A DNA stretch of 20,999 bases, taken from a virus (Duplodnaviria; Heunggongvirae; Uroviricota; Caudoviricetes). A program made the position numbers and the translations under genes. Within the stretch, counting starts at the first letter, position 1; each line of letters opens with the position of its first letter. The stretch lies in IMG/VR virus record IMGVR_UViG_3300025858_000011. One strand, written 5' to 3'. The notes under the pieces were generated by a model, which saw only the letters and a list, made by a program, of their open reading frames with translations, searched no databases and had not been told where the DNA came from. Of this stretch, positions 5,900-16,415 are shown in pieces.

Positions 5900-8800
5900 T
5901 TGGCAGACGATACAGTAACATATAAAGTGGAACTTGATGATTCTGATCTTGGGTCACAATTAGAATCTGTTAGACAACGAATAGATCAGGCAATGAGTAC
6001 ATCTGCGATAAGACCAGTGGAGGTCACTCAAAGCTCTTCAATTCCTAATTTTGATTTTTCAGCTCCCCCAGTTACTACTTCTTTTAGTAGCCAACTTGAC
6101 TCTCATTTCTGGGAAAATATTGGAACTAATGCTCGTAGTGATCTATACGGAACAGTGGGGATGATGAACGACAAGCTAAATTCTGTAATGGCAACTTCAT
6201 ACGGTGCGATGCAGCAAGGTATTCAAGATTTTAGAGGAATGACCGGCATGCATGACGCTACATTTTCTATTCCTCATACTGCGGATCCTGGATTTTTTAA
6301 TGATGTAATTCGGGCCACTACTCCATTTTATGGAGGATTCGAATACACTGGCCCTGTTACTCCGGGAATGATGCGTCGTCAGTCACACGCAAGATTAAAT
6401 CAAAAATTATTTGATACAGCAACAGGACTTGGTTTTTCTGGATTAGGAACAGCCGTAGGCGGCGTAGTTGGTTTGGGCATCGGTGGACCAGTTGGTGCGT
6501 TTGAGGGGGCGATGACGGGAATGGTAGTAGGGGGAGTTGTCGATTTCGCCGCAGACATTTTTACAAGAGCTGCCGTAGAACGAGATCAAATGGGTGAGGG
6601 TTTATATTCAATTTCCAGGGCATCTGGATCTGGATTACACATTGGAGAGGCAAAAGCCTTAGCCGGAGATATACAAAAAATGTATTCCAGTATAGAAAAT
6701 AGAGCAGCTGGTTTTAATGTTGTTTCTGCAGAAGAAGGGATTCTTTCATTTGCTAATGCAGGCGGCTACACTAACGTTAGGGGTGCGGAAGAGTTTAAAA
6801 GAGTTACTAAGGAACTTTTAGAAAATTATAAACAAGTCGCCGCGGATTTACAAGTTTCTTTCGATGAAGCTACGGCATTTATGGGAGGACTAAGCCAAAG
6901 ATTTATTTCTCCCAGTACTGCTTCTGGCATCTCCGCGCAAATTAGAACAGTGGCAGCAATGTCAGGGCAAAGTCCCAATGAGATAGCTCAATTTGCTGAT
7001 CAAGCCGCTGCTATGTTTAGGGGGACAGGGATTGGCCCTGAGGCGGGATATATGATGGCATTAGATTCTAGATATCAAGCTGAAAGAATGATGACTTTTG
7101 GAAATACTACTACAAGACAACTAATAGCTGATTTTGGGGGAGTTGAGGGAGCAACGGTTAATTTAATGTCAAATCTTACAAAGTGGGGAATGAGCGAGGA
7201 AGGATTATTAGCTTTGGCTGCAGCTCAGGGAGGATATAATGGATCTGGTGGAATAGCAGGAATGCTTTCCGCTGGGGCAGGGCTAATTGCTTCCGATCCA
7301 GCGATGTTATTAGCATTGAGATCTGAACAAGGACGGCTGGTTGGTGAAATGGCCAAAGATGGTCCTAATGAACTTCTTTACAGGTCTCTTGATTCGAGAA
7401 TAGAATTATTAAAAACAGCGATGCCGGGAGCGAAGGATAAAAATGGCAAGGTCTATTGGGATGTATTGGCTGGACAAATTGCTGGGGACTACGGAATAGC
7501 TCAGCAAGAAGCTGATCTTTGGGTTGCTTCTGCATATTACGGAGCTAATGGTCCTAATATTCAAGATAGATCAGTAGAAAATTCTTATAATATTTTAAAA
7601 AGGGAAGCAGACATCATTGAAACTCCTAATGCAATTCAAAGGGTCTGGTATGGCGCAGGGAAATGGGTAGAGGACACCTTTTTTGACGTTGGCTGGGCTA
7701 ATAGAAGACGGGATAGTATTCGAGGAACTGCACAGGATATAACAGACTCTATTTCTGAATTTTTTACAGGAAAGCAAATAACCCGTTTAGATCGAGCTAT
7801 AAAGAATGATGTGTATCAAAGAGATTACGAAAAATTTGCTGCGCCAGACTCTCCTTATAGTATTCAATTAAATAAAGCAGTACAAAATATTTTAGATAAT
7901 TCTGAAACTCCTCAAGTTCAAAAATTATTACAACAGGCCGCTTTGTCTGAATTAAATGATTATGTTCAAAATAAAGTAACGACCATCGATGAACAAATGA
8001 TTAGATATGCTACAAGCGGAACTCCAGAGCAACATCAAGCACTTTTAACTGGTTTTGCAATGCACACGTTCGGAATGACTGATAGTGCTAGAAAGGCTGT
8101 AATTGAAGATGTAAGGGATTTTAGATTGGGTCACACGGCCTCACAAACACTTAGTTACATAAACGAGGGTGTTGATTCCGGCATCGTTACTGTTAATAGA
8201 GAGGGGACATTATATAAAACCGCCTGGCAGGAAGCTTCCACTAATGCTGATTTTAGTACAGTAACTGCAGGTATGACTGCCAAACAAGCTCGGGATGCAT
8301 TTGCCACCAGTATATGGGGAAAATCATATGCAAATCTTACTTCTGACCAAAAAGCTGCAATGCGCGATTATTCTAGATTAGATGAATCGGTTGAGAAAAA
8401 ATTGGAAGTTTTATCTATTTCGGGACCTGTTATCAGCAATAGAGCAAAAGCAGAAAGAGCAGCTATAGCGTCCGAAGCCGCGTCTGCACGAGAGGAGGCC
8501 ATAAGGGCCGGAAGTACAATTGTAGATACAGGTGGTGCAGAAGTAATAAATGAGTTACACAAATTGGGTGTAACTCATTTATTACTTACAAAGGAAGATA
8601 TTCGTGGTGATCTTGAAGAATTAAATAATAGGTTGATTTCTGGTCTTACTGACGGTAGTACAACTATTGAAACTATTAGAGGCGAGTATCAGGAAATGGA
8701 AAAACGTGGGGAAAATTTAAGTTTTAATGAAAAAAGACATTTAGCAGCCCGTAAAGGTCTTGTCAGTGCATCTGATAAATCAAAATATGCAGAGGCATTA

Positions 8801-9334
8801 AAATATGCAACTTTTGCTGAGGTAAGAAAAGTTCAAAATACTGAAAGAGAACGAATGGCTGAAGATTACGGAGTTAATCAATTAGAAGAGGGGCCACTTA
8901 AGGAATCGTTGTTAAATTACATCGATACCAGAGTTGTTAAAGGCATTCTAATGGATGATACTATCATCCATGGTGGAAAAATAGACGTGTCAAGACTACA
9001 GGACCTACAGCAAGGCATGATAGCCGATTTTATGAGAGCGGGCATGAAAGACTCAGAAATGGAAACATTGCGTGTTAAAATGGAATCTGGTTTATCGGCA
9101 ACTGGTAAAATTTCAGGACGAGATCTAGCCGCAGTGGGTTCGTCTACTGCACCAGTGGAAGAATCCAGAAAATTATTATTTGAGACATTAAACAGACAAC
9201 TAAATAGTCTAGAGGGCATTAGAGTGACAGTAACCCCGGGTGACGGTAGTACATGGGACCCACTACGTGCAAATTTAGAAAATATTAAAAAGGAATCAGC
9301 TGCAAAATATAGCTTACCACATAAAATAAATTAA
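5900..9334 (+). CDS. Tape measure protein
   Basis: About 1145 aa, Ala/Gly-rich and helical, with a hydrophobic glycine-zipper segment (GLGTAVGGVVGLGIGGPVGA...). It follows the frameshifting chaperone pair. The start at TTG 5900 (MADDTVTYKVELD) is preferred over 5885 because GGAG lies at 5887-5890. Confidence 0.8.
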   Translation: MADDTVTYKVELDDSDLGSQLESVRQRIDQAMSTSAIRPVEVTQSSSIPNFDFSAPPVTTSFSSQLDSHFWENIGTNARSDLYGTVGMMNDKLNSVMATSYGAMQQGIQDFRGMTGMHDATFSIPHTADPGFFNDVIRATTPFYGGFEYTGPVTPGMMRRQSHARLNQKLFDTATGLGFSGLGTAVGGVVGLGIGGPVGAFEGAMTGMVVGGVVDFAADIFTRAAVERDQMGEGLYSISRASGSGLHIGEAKALAGDIQKMYSSIENRAAGFNVVSAEEGILSFANAGGYTNVRGAEEFKRVTKELLENYKQVAADLQVSFDEATAFMGGLSQRFISPSTASGISAQIRTVAAMSGQSPNEIAQFADQAAAMFRGTGIGPEAGYMMALDSRYQAERMMTFGNTTTRQLIADFGGVEGATVNLMSNLTKWGMSEEGLLALAAAQGGYNGSGGIAGMLSAGAGLIASDPAMLLALRSEQGRLVGEMAKDGPNELLYRSLDSRIELLKTAMPGAKDKNGKVYWDVLAGQIAGDYGIAQQEADLWVASAYYGANGPNIQDRSVENSYNILKREADIIETPNAIQRVWYGAGKWVEDTFFDVGWANRRRDSIRGTAQDITDSISEFFTGKQITRLDRAIKNDVYQRDYEKFAAPDSPYSIQLNKAVQNILDNSETPQVQKLLQQAALSELNDYVQNKVTTIDEQMIRYATSGTPEQHQALLTGFAMHTFGMTDSARKAVIEDVRDFRLGHTASQTLSYINEGVDSGIVTVNREGTLYKTAWQEASTNADFSTVTAGMTAKQARDAFATSIWGKSYANLTSDQKAAMRDYSRLDESVEKKLEVLSISGPVISNRAKAERAAIASEAASAREEAIRAGSTIVDTGGAEVINELHKLGVTHLLLTKEDIRGDLEELNNRLISGLTDGSTTIETIRGEYQEMEKRGENLSFNEKRHLAARKGLVSASDKSKYAEALKYATFAEVRKVQNTERERMAEDYGVNQLEEGPLKESLLNYIDTRVVKGILMDDTIIHGGKIDVSRLQDLQQGMIADFMRAGMKDSEMETLRVKMESGLSATGKISGRDLAAVGSSTAPVEESRKLLFETLNRQLNSLEGIRVTVTPGDGSTWDPLRANLENIKKESAAKYSLPHKIN

Positions 9335-9336
9335 TA

Positions 9337-12240
9337 ATGATAACAGTTGATACAAAATCAAACTTTCAGGTTTATCTTGAAGGTGTTTCAGTTCCGTTTT
9401 CTTCGATTACAATTACGGAATCCGAAGCGGCATTTCCTACAGCATCTGTAGTATTTCCTGCAGTAGATGGTGCTTTGCGACTTTTGCCAGGAACCATAGT
9501 TCAAATTTTTGGTCCCATTAAAACTAAGTATGGCGAGGATTATACTGGATTGCTATTTGAGGGCGAGATAAGCGGAATTCAGTATAGTAAAAGTGCTTAT
9601 GGTCGACAAGCTAATATTCTTTGTAATAGTTTGTTCGCTAGATTTTATCAGTCTACTATTATCCCAGTTGATGGATTAATAACAGAAAAATTAAGAAACA
9701 TGTTAATTGGAAAAGCAGGCACACATACTGAGACTGATCCCAGTTCTCCATATCTTAATGCTGTAAAAACAGTACCGAACAAGTTTGAGATTGGTGGAGT
9801 ATTTGCTAATAAAAGTAAGGTGCACACTGGTGTAACAAACTCTTTAGCTAAACAAATAAAAGATTTGCAAATTAAACAATCCGCAAGAAAGGGGCATACC
9901 GGAGATATCGATGCAATGGTGTTAATGTCTGCGGCCAATCTTCCTGTGCAATTCATGGCAGTAATGAGTCATGGAGTTGTAAGAAGTGGAGATTTTTTGC
10001 CGATGGTTCAGTTTTTTCTAAGGTATTATGAAAAAAGTGACCCTTATTTTGGAGTGCAGTCTTTATCATATGGTTTAACAAAAAGTATTTTTGTATTTCC
10101 TAATAAGGGGAAAGTCACTCCATTTTTACATAAATTAGTTTTGGATAATATGACATTTAGGTTAAGTATGTCAACGAATACACGCTTAACTTTGTGGGAT
10201 GTACTGAGTACATTTATGTCCATTACATATTATTCATTGATTTGCCCTGCGGCACCTACTGAAACAAAGCCTTTTTGGTCATCTCAGGCGGACTCAAATA
10301 TAATTATACCAAATCGTTTATTCTTTTTACCAAGTTTAGAGAATGCACCACCGGCTAAATTCAATATAATTTTTCCAAGTCAGATTAACGCATTTTCTTA
10401 TCAAAGGGACATGACTTCCGAAGCTACGCGTGTTGTAGGAGAAATGGGAATTCCATATTTTAATACTTCACTAAAACATTTTAAAGGAATTAATGTTTGT
10501 GCGGTAGTTCCTCAATTAGAAACAATTGTAGATGGTAAATACAAATTAATGTCCAATCTTACAGTAGAAGAAAGTTATAGAGGGATTCGTCCTGCGTATG
10601 AGACTATGGAATACTTATTATCTAGTGCTACAAACACCATTAAAACAGATAAAATAAAAGAGGGGTCCGATGAAAAACTTGGGGAAGTAAATAGTGGTCA
10701 AGATATAATTAACTTAAATGGTACTTTTGGGGACACCCCTGATGATGGTCTATCCGCAACTACGACTGGATTTGGTTCTTCTTTTTTGCATTTAATTGCA
10801 GAATCTTACTTATCCCATAAATATAGTAAAAGAATACTATCGGTAAACTGTGAATGGAGCCCGTATCGTATGACTGGAGTTCCTGGGGCAATAATTGATG
10901 ATTCGGGGCCCTCAATAGTAGGTGTTGTGGCATCCATCGTGACTAATATTTCATCTGATGGGAAAGCAACAAGTACCTTATCAATAAGAGCTCCTAGACT
11001 AGTTTTTGATGATGAGTTTTATGGGGCATTTCAGGGAAGAACAACCGACGTACGTAATACTGAAAATATTGATAATTATTTAATAAATGATTTTACAAAT
11101 GATGGATTTCTTGATATAAATAAATTTTTATTTGATGAAGATATGTATTCATTTGATAACATTGGATTTAATTTATATACATATTTTGCTACAGGTAGAG
11201 AAAGTGCAGTAACTAAACAATTTTCTGGGTACTCTGGATCTATTTATAAAAGATTTAAAAGTGTATTACAGTCATATCCTAAAAATACTGGGGATTTCTC
11301 AATATTAGGATATCTACGTCCAACTACTTTATCTACCACATATAACACAGATTTAAATGATTTTTTTGATACTACTGATACAGCAGAAATACGAAATTCT
11401 AAACTAATATTTTTAGCAATACAGAAACTTAAAACATTGTATGCAAATGCTAAGAATGCTGGAAGTTTTACATTATCTGAGTTTGTAACAAACGAAACTT
11501 GGAGATCGGTTATAAGTAAAGAAAATTATTTTAATAGCATAGGCATCACCGCCCTTCCATCATGGAAGGATTGTAAGGACGGAACATTAATATTTGGAAG
11601 TGCCACAAAAGTTAGAGGGATGAAGGCCTATTTTGATGACAAACGAAACTTGGATACTTTTGTTACTAAAATAACCGAGGACATGTCTATTTCTGATGTT
11701 CATCCTGAAGCATCAGTGGCAGTTATAAGTGGTGCTGATAGGATGGATTCTTATTATGCTGATACAGAAACAGTAAATGGAAAGGATTCTGTAATTAAAA
11801 AAGAAATTTCCGAAAAGGCGGCCCGCATCGCTGCTTTAAAAACTAAGATTTATAGATTAGATAATTGGCTATCTGCCGGTACTAAAAAAAGTTGGATTAT
11901 AAATGGATTTTATTCTGGATTAACAGAGGATGAAATTTTTACTTTAGATTGTTCTGAATCTGATTTTTTAAATTTATTAGAAGAACTATATGGCACTAAT
12001 ACAGACGCTGCAGAAAAAAAATTAAAATCTTTACGGTATGAGTTATCGCAGGAAGAGGGAGGAATTATAACTTTAGAAAAAGCCACATCTGATATTTCCA
12101 AACTTAGTTATGGTTCTGGAAAAGAAAGTCTTGAATCTGACACATTTAAACCGTATAATAAAACTAGATATGCCCATGTAAAAAAAGTATTTGAAAAATA
12201 TAATACTATTGGTAACTTAACTGTAATTGAGAACAAATAA
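9337..12240 (+). CDS. Putative baseplate hub / late control D-like protein with long C-terminal extension
   Basis: Lies directly after the tape measure. The beta-rich N-terminus (VYLEGVSVPFSSITIT...GTIVQIF...LLFEGEISGI) and the later SVNCEWSPY..GVPGAII...IVGVVASIVTNI...STLSI segment match the pattern of gpD/gp27-like hub barrels. The call is by pattern and gene order only. Confidence 0.55.
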   Translation: MITVDTKSNFQVYLEGVSVPFSSITITESEAAFPTASVVFPAVDGALRLLPGTIVQIFGPIKTKYGEDYTGLLFEGEISGIQYSKSAYGRQANILCNSLFARFYQSTIIPVDGLITEKLRNMLIGKAGTHTETDPSSPYLNAVKTVPNKFEIGGVFANKSKVHTGVTNSLAKQIKDLQIKQSARKGHTGDIDAMVLMSAANLPVQFMAVMSHGVVRSGDFLPMVQFFLRYYEKSDPYFGVQSLSYGLTKSIFVFPNKGKVTPFLHKLVLDNMTFRLSMSTNTRLTLWDVLSTFMSITYYSLICPAAPTETKPFWSSQADSNIIIPNRLFFLPSLENAPPAKFNIIFPSQINAFSYQRDMTSEATRVVGEMGIPYFNTSLKHFKGINVCAVVPQLETIVDGKYKLMSNLTVEESYRGIRPAYETMEYLLSSATNTIKTDKIKEGSDEKLGEVNSGQDIINLNGTFGDTPDDGLSATTTGFGSSFLHLIAESYLSHKYSKRILSVNCEWSPYRMTGVPGAIIDDSGPSIVGVVASIVTNISSDGKATSTLSIRAPRLVFDDEFYGAFQGRTTDVRNTENIDNYLINDFTNDGFLDINKFLFDEDMYSFDNIGFNLYTYFATGRESAVTKQFSGYSGSIYKRFKSVLQSYPKNTGDFSILGYLRPTTLSTTYNTDLNDFFDTTDTAEIRNSKLIFLAIQKLKTLYANAKNAGSFTLSEFVTNETWRSVISKENYFNSIGITALPSWKDCKDGTLIFGSATKVRGMKAYFDDKRNLDTFVTKITEDMSISDVHPEASVAVISGADRMDSYYADTETVNGKDSVIKKEISEKAARIAALKTKIYRLDNWLSAGTKKSWIINGFYSGLTEDEIFTLDCSESDFLNLLEELYGTNTDAAEKKLKSLRYELSQEEGGIITLEKATSDISKLSYGSGKESLESDTFKPYNKTRYAHVKKVFEKYNTIGNLTVIENK

Positions 12241-13184
12241 TGGGAAGCAGAAAAGTATATGATATAAATACCCAACAATGGGCCGTTGAGGCAATGGATT
12301 ATAGTACCATTAAATCCGGCCTTGAGTCTACAGGGATTAGTGTTAATTTAAATTTCCCAGAAGCATCTTACACCGGCTATAGAATAAATCCTTACGCTGG
12401 AAAATTAAGTAAGAGTTATTCAAAGTCAAATGATGAAAAAAAGGTTCCAGACAATCTTCATGCATTACTCAGTGACCGAGAAAGAGTGGGAGCAGTATTA
12501 TATGTAATTGAACGGCATACTCCCTCAAATACTTGGCATATTAAATATAAAACTAATAAATTTTTTCTTACAGGCCTTTCAATGGGATTAAAGGAAAAAG
12601 TGCAAATTATGGAAACTTTTGGATCAGCTGTAGTTTCTTTTTTTGGTAATTCTGTCAAAATTTATGAGTTTTCAGGAGTAACCGTTGAGGCTCCTAGCGT
12701 AAAATCTATGAATGAAACTAATTTTGCAAAAAGTGCAAAAGCAGGCTCTTATGTAAATACGGCGGTTGCAGGCATCGACGAACAACAAGATAATCCCAAT
12801 GAACAAACAATTTCATCCAGTAACTCAAGTGCTGCTTTTTGGCAGAGTAGCCTAATTCATATGTATGAACACGTTCTTCGTGGCACACAGTTAGTCAAAA
12901 ATAATTCTGTGGCGTTATTGACAGTTGGCACTCATTATATCTACGGATATCCTTTAAATCTTATGTCAGTTTATAATGCTCAAGCAGATAAAATGGCAAC
13001 TTTCACGATGTCTTGGATAGTGCTTGATCATGTTATGGCATATGATGACATAGAGCCCAATGACTTTGCAAAGAATTATGCGCCAGTTGAAACTACAGAA
13101 GATGTTGGGTCAAATACAATAGATTCCCCAATAATGCAAGATTATAGTAGTTTAATAAAAATAACTAATAGTAACTTAGGGTAA
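12240..13184 (+). CDS. Hypothetical structural protein, possibly tail tube initiator / tube-fold baseplate protein
   Basis: TAATG-coupled to the upstream gene. Beta-rich core FFLTGLSMGLKEKVQIMETFG...FFG...YEFSG...IYGYPLNL...ATFTMSWIV. The function is inferred from its position. Confidence 0.45.
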   Translation: MGSRKVYDINTQQWAVEAMDYSTIKSGLESTGISVNLNFPEASYTGYRINPYAGKLSKSYSKSNDEKKVPDNLHALLSDRERVGAVLYVIERHTPSNTWHIKYKTNKFFLTGLSMGLKEKVQIMETFGSAVVSFFGNSVKIYEFSGVTVEAPSVKSMNETNFAKSAKAGSYVNTAVAGIDEQQDNPNEQTISSSNSSAAFWQSSLIHMYEHVLRGTQLVKNNSVALLTVGTHYIYGYPLNLMSVYNAQADKMATFTMSWIVLDHVMAYDDIEPNDFAKNYAPVETTEDVGSNTIDSPIMQDYSSLIKITNSNLG

Positions 13185-13187
13185 TAT

Positions 13188-13904
13188 ATGGCACTTAAAG
13201 ACACAGAACTGGATTTATGGAATAGATACAAAGCGGGTGATACTTCTGCTAAAAAAGAATTGATGTCATCAATTACTCCGATTATAAGAAGCCAGGCTAA
13301 TAAATTTAAAGCCGCTCCAATTCCGTTTGTTGCTATTGAACTTGAGGGGTACAGACTTGCGTCGCACGCTATTGATACGTATGAACCAGATAAGGCACAA
13401 CTAAATACTCACCTCATTAATAATTTAAAAAAGTTGAGCAGGTTTGTAACTAATTATCAAAATGTTGGGCATATACCGGAACCTAGGGCACTAATGATTG
13501 GAAAGTACCATACTATAAATAGCAATTTAACTGAGAGCCTGGGAAGAGAGCCAACTATTTATGAAATCTCCGATGCAATGCAAGTGTCCCCAATGGAAAT
13601 AGAACGTTTACAATTAGAACTTAGAAAAGACTTATCCATGGAAATGCCATCAGCTGATCCCGACGCTGGCGGTTTTTATAGTTATGTTCGTGATGATGAA
13701 CCAGATCCACGAAAAAAGCAAATATACGATTTTGTTTATTTTGATATGGATCCTGTAAATAAAAAAATTATGGAGTACCTTTTCGGAATGTATGGTACTT
13801 CCGTAAGAACTAAACCTGAAATTATACAATTATTAAGAATTTCTGAAGAAGAATTTAATAAACGTGGAAAAGAAATTGCAGCTGAACTGAATAAACTATT
13901 ATAA
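13188..13904 (+). CDS. Sigma-70-family RNA polymerase sigma factor-like protein (group 3, FliA/SigB-like architecture)
   Basis: LWNRYKAGDTSAKKELM (region 1.2/2.1), ELEGYRLASHAIDTYEP (2.2), VGHIPE, LGREPTIYEISDAMQVS (region 3 HTH), and KKIMEYLFGM...KPEIIQLLRIS (region 4). Confidence 0.8.
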   Translation: MALKDTELDLWNRYKAGDTSAKKELMSSITPIIRSQANKFKAAPIPFVAIELEGYRLASHAIDTYEPDKAQLNTHLINNLKKLSRFVTNYQNVGHIPEPRALMIGKYHTINSNLTESLGREPTIYEISDAMQVSPMEIERLQLELRKDLSMEMPSADPDAGGFYSYVRDDEPDPRKKQIYDFVYFDMDPVNKKIMEYLFGMYGTSVRTKPEIIQLLRISEEEFNKRGKEIAAELNKLL

Positions 13905-15949
13905 TGGCTATATCACAAAAATTAGAACAAGCTTTATTAACTGCTGGAATTGACGTCAGTGATCCATGTAATTATGAAAAGGTCCAGGGCCAACTTATTC
14001 AAATTAATGAACAATTTCAGGATGAAGTAAAAAAAACAGTTGATGATTTATCATATAAAACTTTTGGTAATTTTTTTGTAGTAACTGCCGCATTACTGGA
14101 GGAAGCTTTAGGGGGAGCTTCCGTTGCGATTGTTGATCATTTTGTTGGAAAAGCTTTATTGGATAATGCTTTGGGTGCTGTATCGGGAGCCATATCGATG
14201 ATTTTTGCAACACTTCCTGGTGCGGCAATTATATTAAAATACTATGCCGCCAGTACTCTTAGAGAAGATTTAATAAGACGGCAAAATTTGGCAAGAATTT
14301 TAATTAGAGAATTAAATATTATAACTCATTGGGTTGACGTTTTGGCAAAATCCCCAATTGAGTATACTCGGAAATATTATAAAGACATGCGTAAAGCATT
14401 TTTTCATATTTCTAGGGCAAGAAGAACTATAAACATTGAAGCAACAAAATATTTAAAAAGAGCTAATTATATTTCAGGAGAAAACGTTCAGTATGCAATC
14501 ACTGATATTGATGCCGGAATATCTTATTTAACTCCAGGGTTTGAAGTAACAAGTAAATTATTAAAAGATTTTCATAGAAAATATTTATTACAAACACGTA
14601 TCCCAGAGATTACGGGCAAGGATCAAAAAGTTTTTACTGAATATGGACTTGACTGGTTTGCCTATATAAGAAATATTGCATCGGAGTTAAAAAATAAATT
14701 TACTAATGATCAAGATGCATATATTAGTGCTATTTCTGAAATGCTTCCGGCATTACCTGACTTTCTTAGAAAATTTGCTGTAAATTACATTATAAGTAGT
14801 TCTTCTAAAATACTTGTGGATAGACTGCCAATTTGGTTATTAAAAAATAAATATATTGAGGCATATGTAGTTAAGAGATTCAGTACCTCAGAGATACCAG
14901 ATTATTTTGGGGTCACAAATGAAGATACTCAATATGCGATGTTTGCAAACGCCGATACCAAGGAAATTACTTGGCAAAGGATAATGGAAGCATGTCAATT
15001 AGATGAAACCTCTTTACTATTAGTTCCTATATATATGGACATTGTTACTACTCATAGTGGACTTATACAAACTATTATCAAACCAGCGGATACCTTATTA
15101 GCTAATGTATATGAAGATATGAAGGCCACTTTAGCAACAAGTACTAAAGATGCAGGAATTACACAGACAGTGATTAATAAAAAATTTGGATCTTGGATTT
15201 TAAAATTAGAAGCTGCAAAATCCATTTTAAAAACAGCAACGTCTGATACAGGTGCGTATATAAAGGGATTTGGAGAAACAGCAAATTTAAATACAGTGGA
15301 TATGCTATCGGCAATGGAAAAAATTGATATTGCGATGCTGTCCCTTGAAGAATTTATTAAAACAAAAACGGCTACTCCACCAGAAAGCGGAGATCAAGTT
15401 TTAACATTAGCAAATACTTATTTATTATCTTTAATTAGTGAAGCCTCGGTATTTGCCTTAAATGCCTTAGAACCAAATGCTGCTAAAACTACATTGGTAG
15501 GATTAAAGGCAATAAAAGTTCTTTTAGATAAGCAGTACCGTCTTGATAGAGAAGAACAAATATTAGTTGAGGATTTTATTAATGCAACCCAGCAACTTCC
15601 GTCTTTTAATATATTAAAGCGTAGTATTGATAATTCACTAAATGGTCTTGAATCAGGAAATAGTAAAGTAGCAAAGAATTTAGTAAATCAAATTAGACAT
15701 GGGGATTTGTCAGGATTATCTTCATTTTTGGACGTTGCCAGTTTTTCTACTGGGGCCATAAGTTGTGCAGTTAAATCATACATTAGTAATGGTGGTAATG
15801 ACGAGAGTGTAATGTCAAGAGTTCAAGAGGCTCTTTCTTCCGCAGGTGTTAGTGTAAAACAACAAGCAGGAATTAGTGCGGCAATAGTAGGATTAAAGAA
15901 GAAAAGCGAAATGTTATTGGAATTTACATCAATAATCAAAAAGGGGTAA
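13904..15949 (+). CDS. Hypothetical large alpha-helical protein
   Basis: 681-aa ORF, TAATG-coupled to the sigma gene. No motif recognised. It has a hydrophobic Ala/Gly-rich stretch at about aa 54-115. Confidence 0.75.
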   Translation: MAISQKLEQALLTAGIDVSDPCNYEKVQGQLIQINEQFQDEVKKTVDDLSYKTFGNFFVVTAALLEEALGGASVAIVDHFVGKALLDNALGAVSGAISMIFATLPGAAIILKYYAASTLREDLIRRQNLARILIRELNIITHWVDVLAKSPIEYTRKYYKDMRKAFFHISRARRTINIEATKYLKRANYISGENVQYAITDIDAGISYLTPGFEVTSKLLKDFHRKYLLQTRIPEITGKDQKVFTEYGLDWFAYIRNIASELKNKFTNDQDAYISAISEMLPALPDFLRKFAVNYIISSSSKILVDRLPIWLLKNKYIEAYVVKRFSTSEIPDYFGVTNEDTQYAMFANADTKEITWQRIMEACQLDETSLLLVPIYMDIVTTHSGLIQTIIKPADTLLANVYEDMKATLATSTKDAGITQTVINKKFGSWILKLEAAKSILKTATSDTGAYIKGFGETANLNTVDMLSAMEKIDIAMLSLEEFIKTKTATPPESGDQVLTLANTYLLSLISEASVFALNALEPNAAKTTLVGLKAIKVLLDKQYRLDREEQILVEDFINATQQLPSFNILKRSIDNSLNGLESGNSKVAKNLVNQIRHGDLSGLSSFLDVASFSTGAISCAVKSYISNGGNDESVMSRVQEALSSAGVSVKQQAGISAAIVGLKKKSEMLLEFTSIIKKG

Positions 15950-15953
15950 TACC

Positions 15954-16403
15954 GTGTCGAGAGATATAAAGTTGGTATATTGGGACTACGAGGACGTAGG
16001 AAGTTTAATGACTTATGCCTTCGATCAGCATTTGGCAATAATGCAAGGACGCGAAAGTTTAATTCAGAACATCGTAAAAAATATATTAACCTTAAAAGGT
16101 AGTAATATTTTTGATTTAACAGTTGGTTCTTCTTTTGCGGCAATTCCAGGAAGTGCCCAATCTACATCGGAAACTGATTTAATGAGAACATCTTTAGTTT
16201 TGGCAATACGTACATTAGAGGATGATATACGTAAAAGACAAAAATCCGAAGAAGACTCCGGAACAACTCTTACAGACAATGAAAAATTACAAAAGATTTC
16301 ATTGCGATCCGCCAAGTTTATTATAAGTACTGGACAGTGGAAAATTACATTGGATATTTACACTGAAGACGAAACAATAACTACAATAAGTTTACCCTTA
16401 TAA
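15954..16403 (+). CDS. Baseplate wedge subunit, gp25/GPW-like
   Basis: 149 aa with GRESLIQNIVKNILTLKGSNIFDLTVGSS, resembling the gp25 'i.q.i..iL.T..Ger...p.fGs' motif. It lies directly upstream of baseplate J. Confidence 0.72.
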   Translation: MSRDIKLVYWDYEDVGSLMTYAFDQHLAIMQGRESLIQNIVKNILTLKGSNIFDLTVGSSFAAIPGSAQSTSETDLMRTSLVLAIRTLEDDIRKRQKSEEDSGTTLTDNEKLQKISLRSAKFIISTGQWKITLDIYTEDETITTISLPL

Positions 16404-16415
16404 TGGAGCAACATA

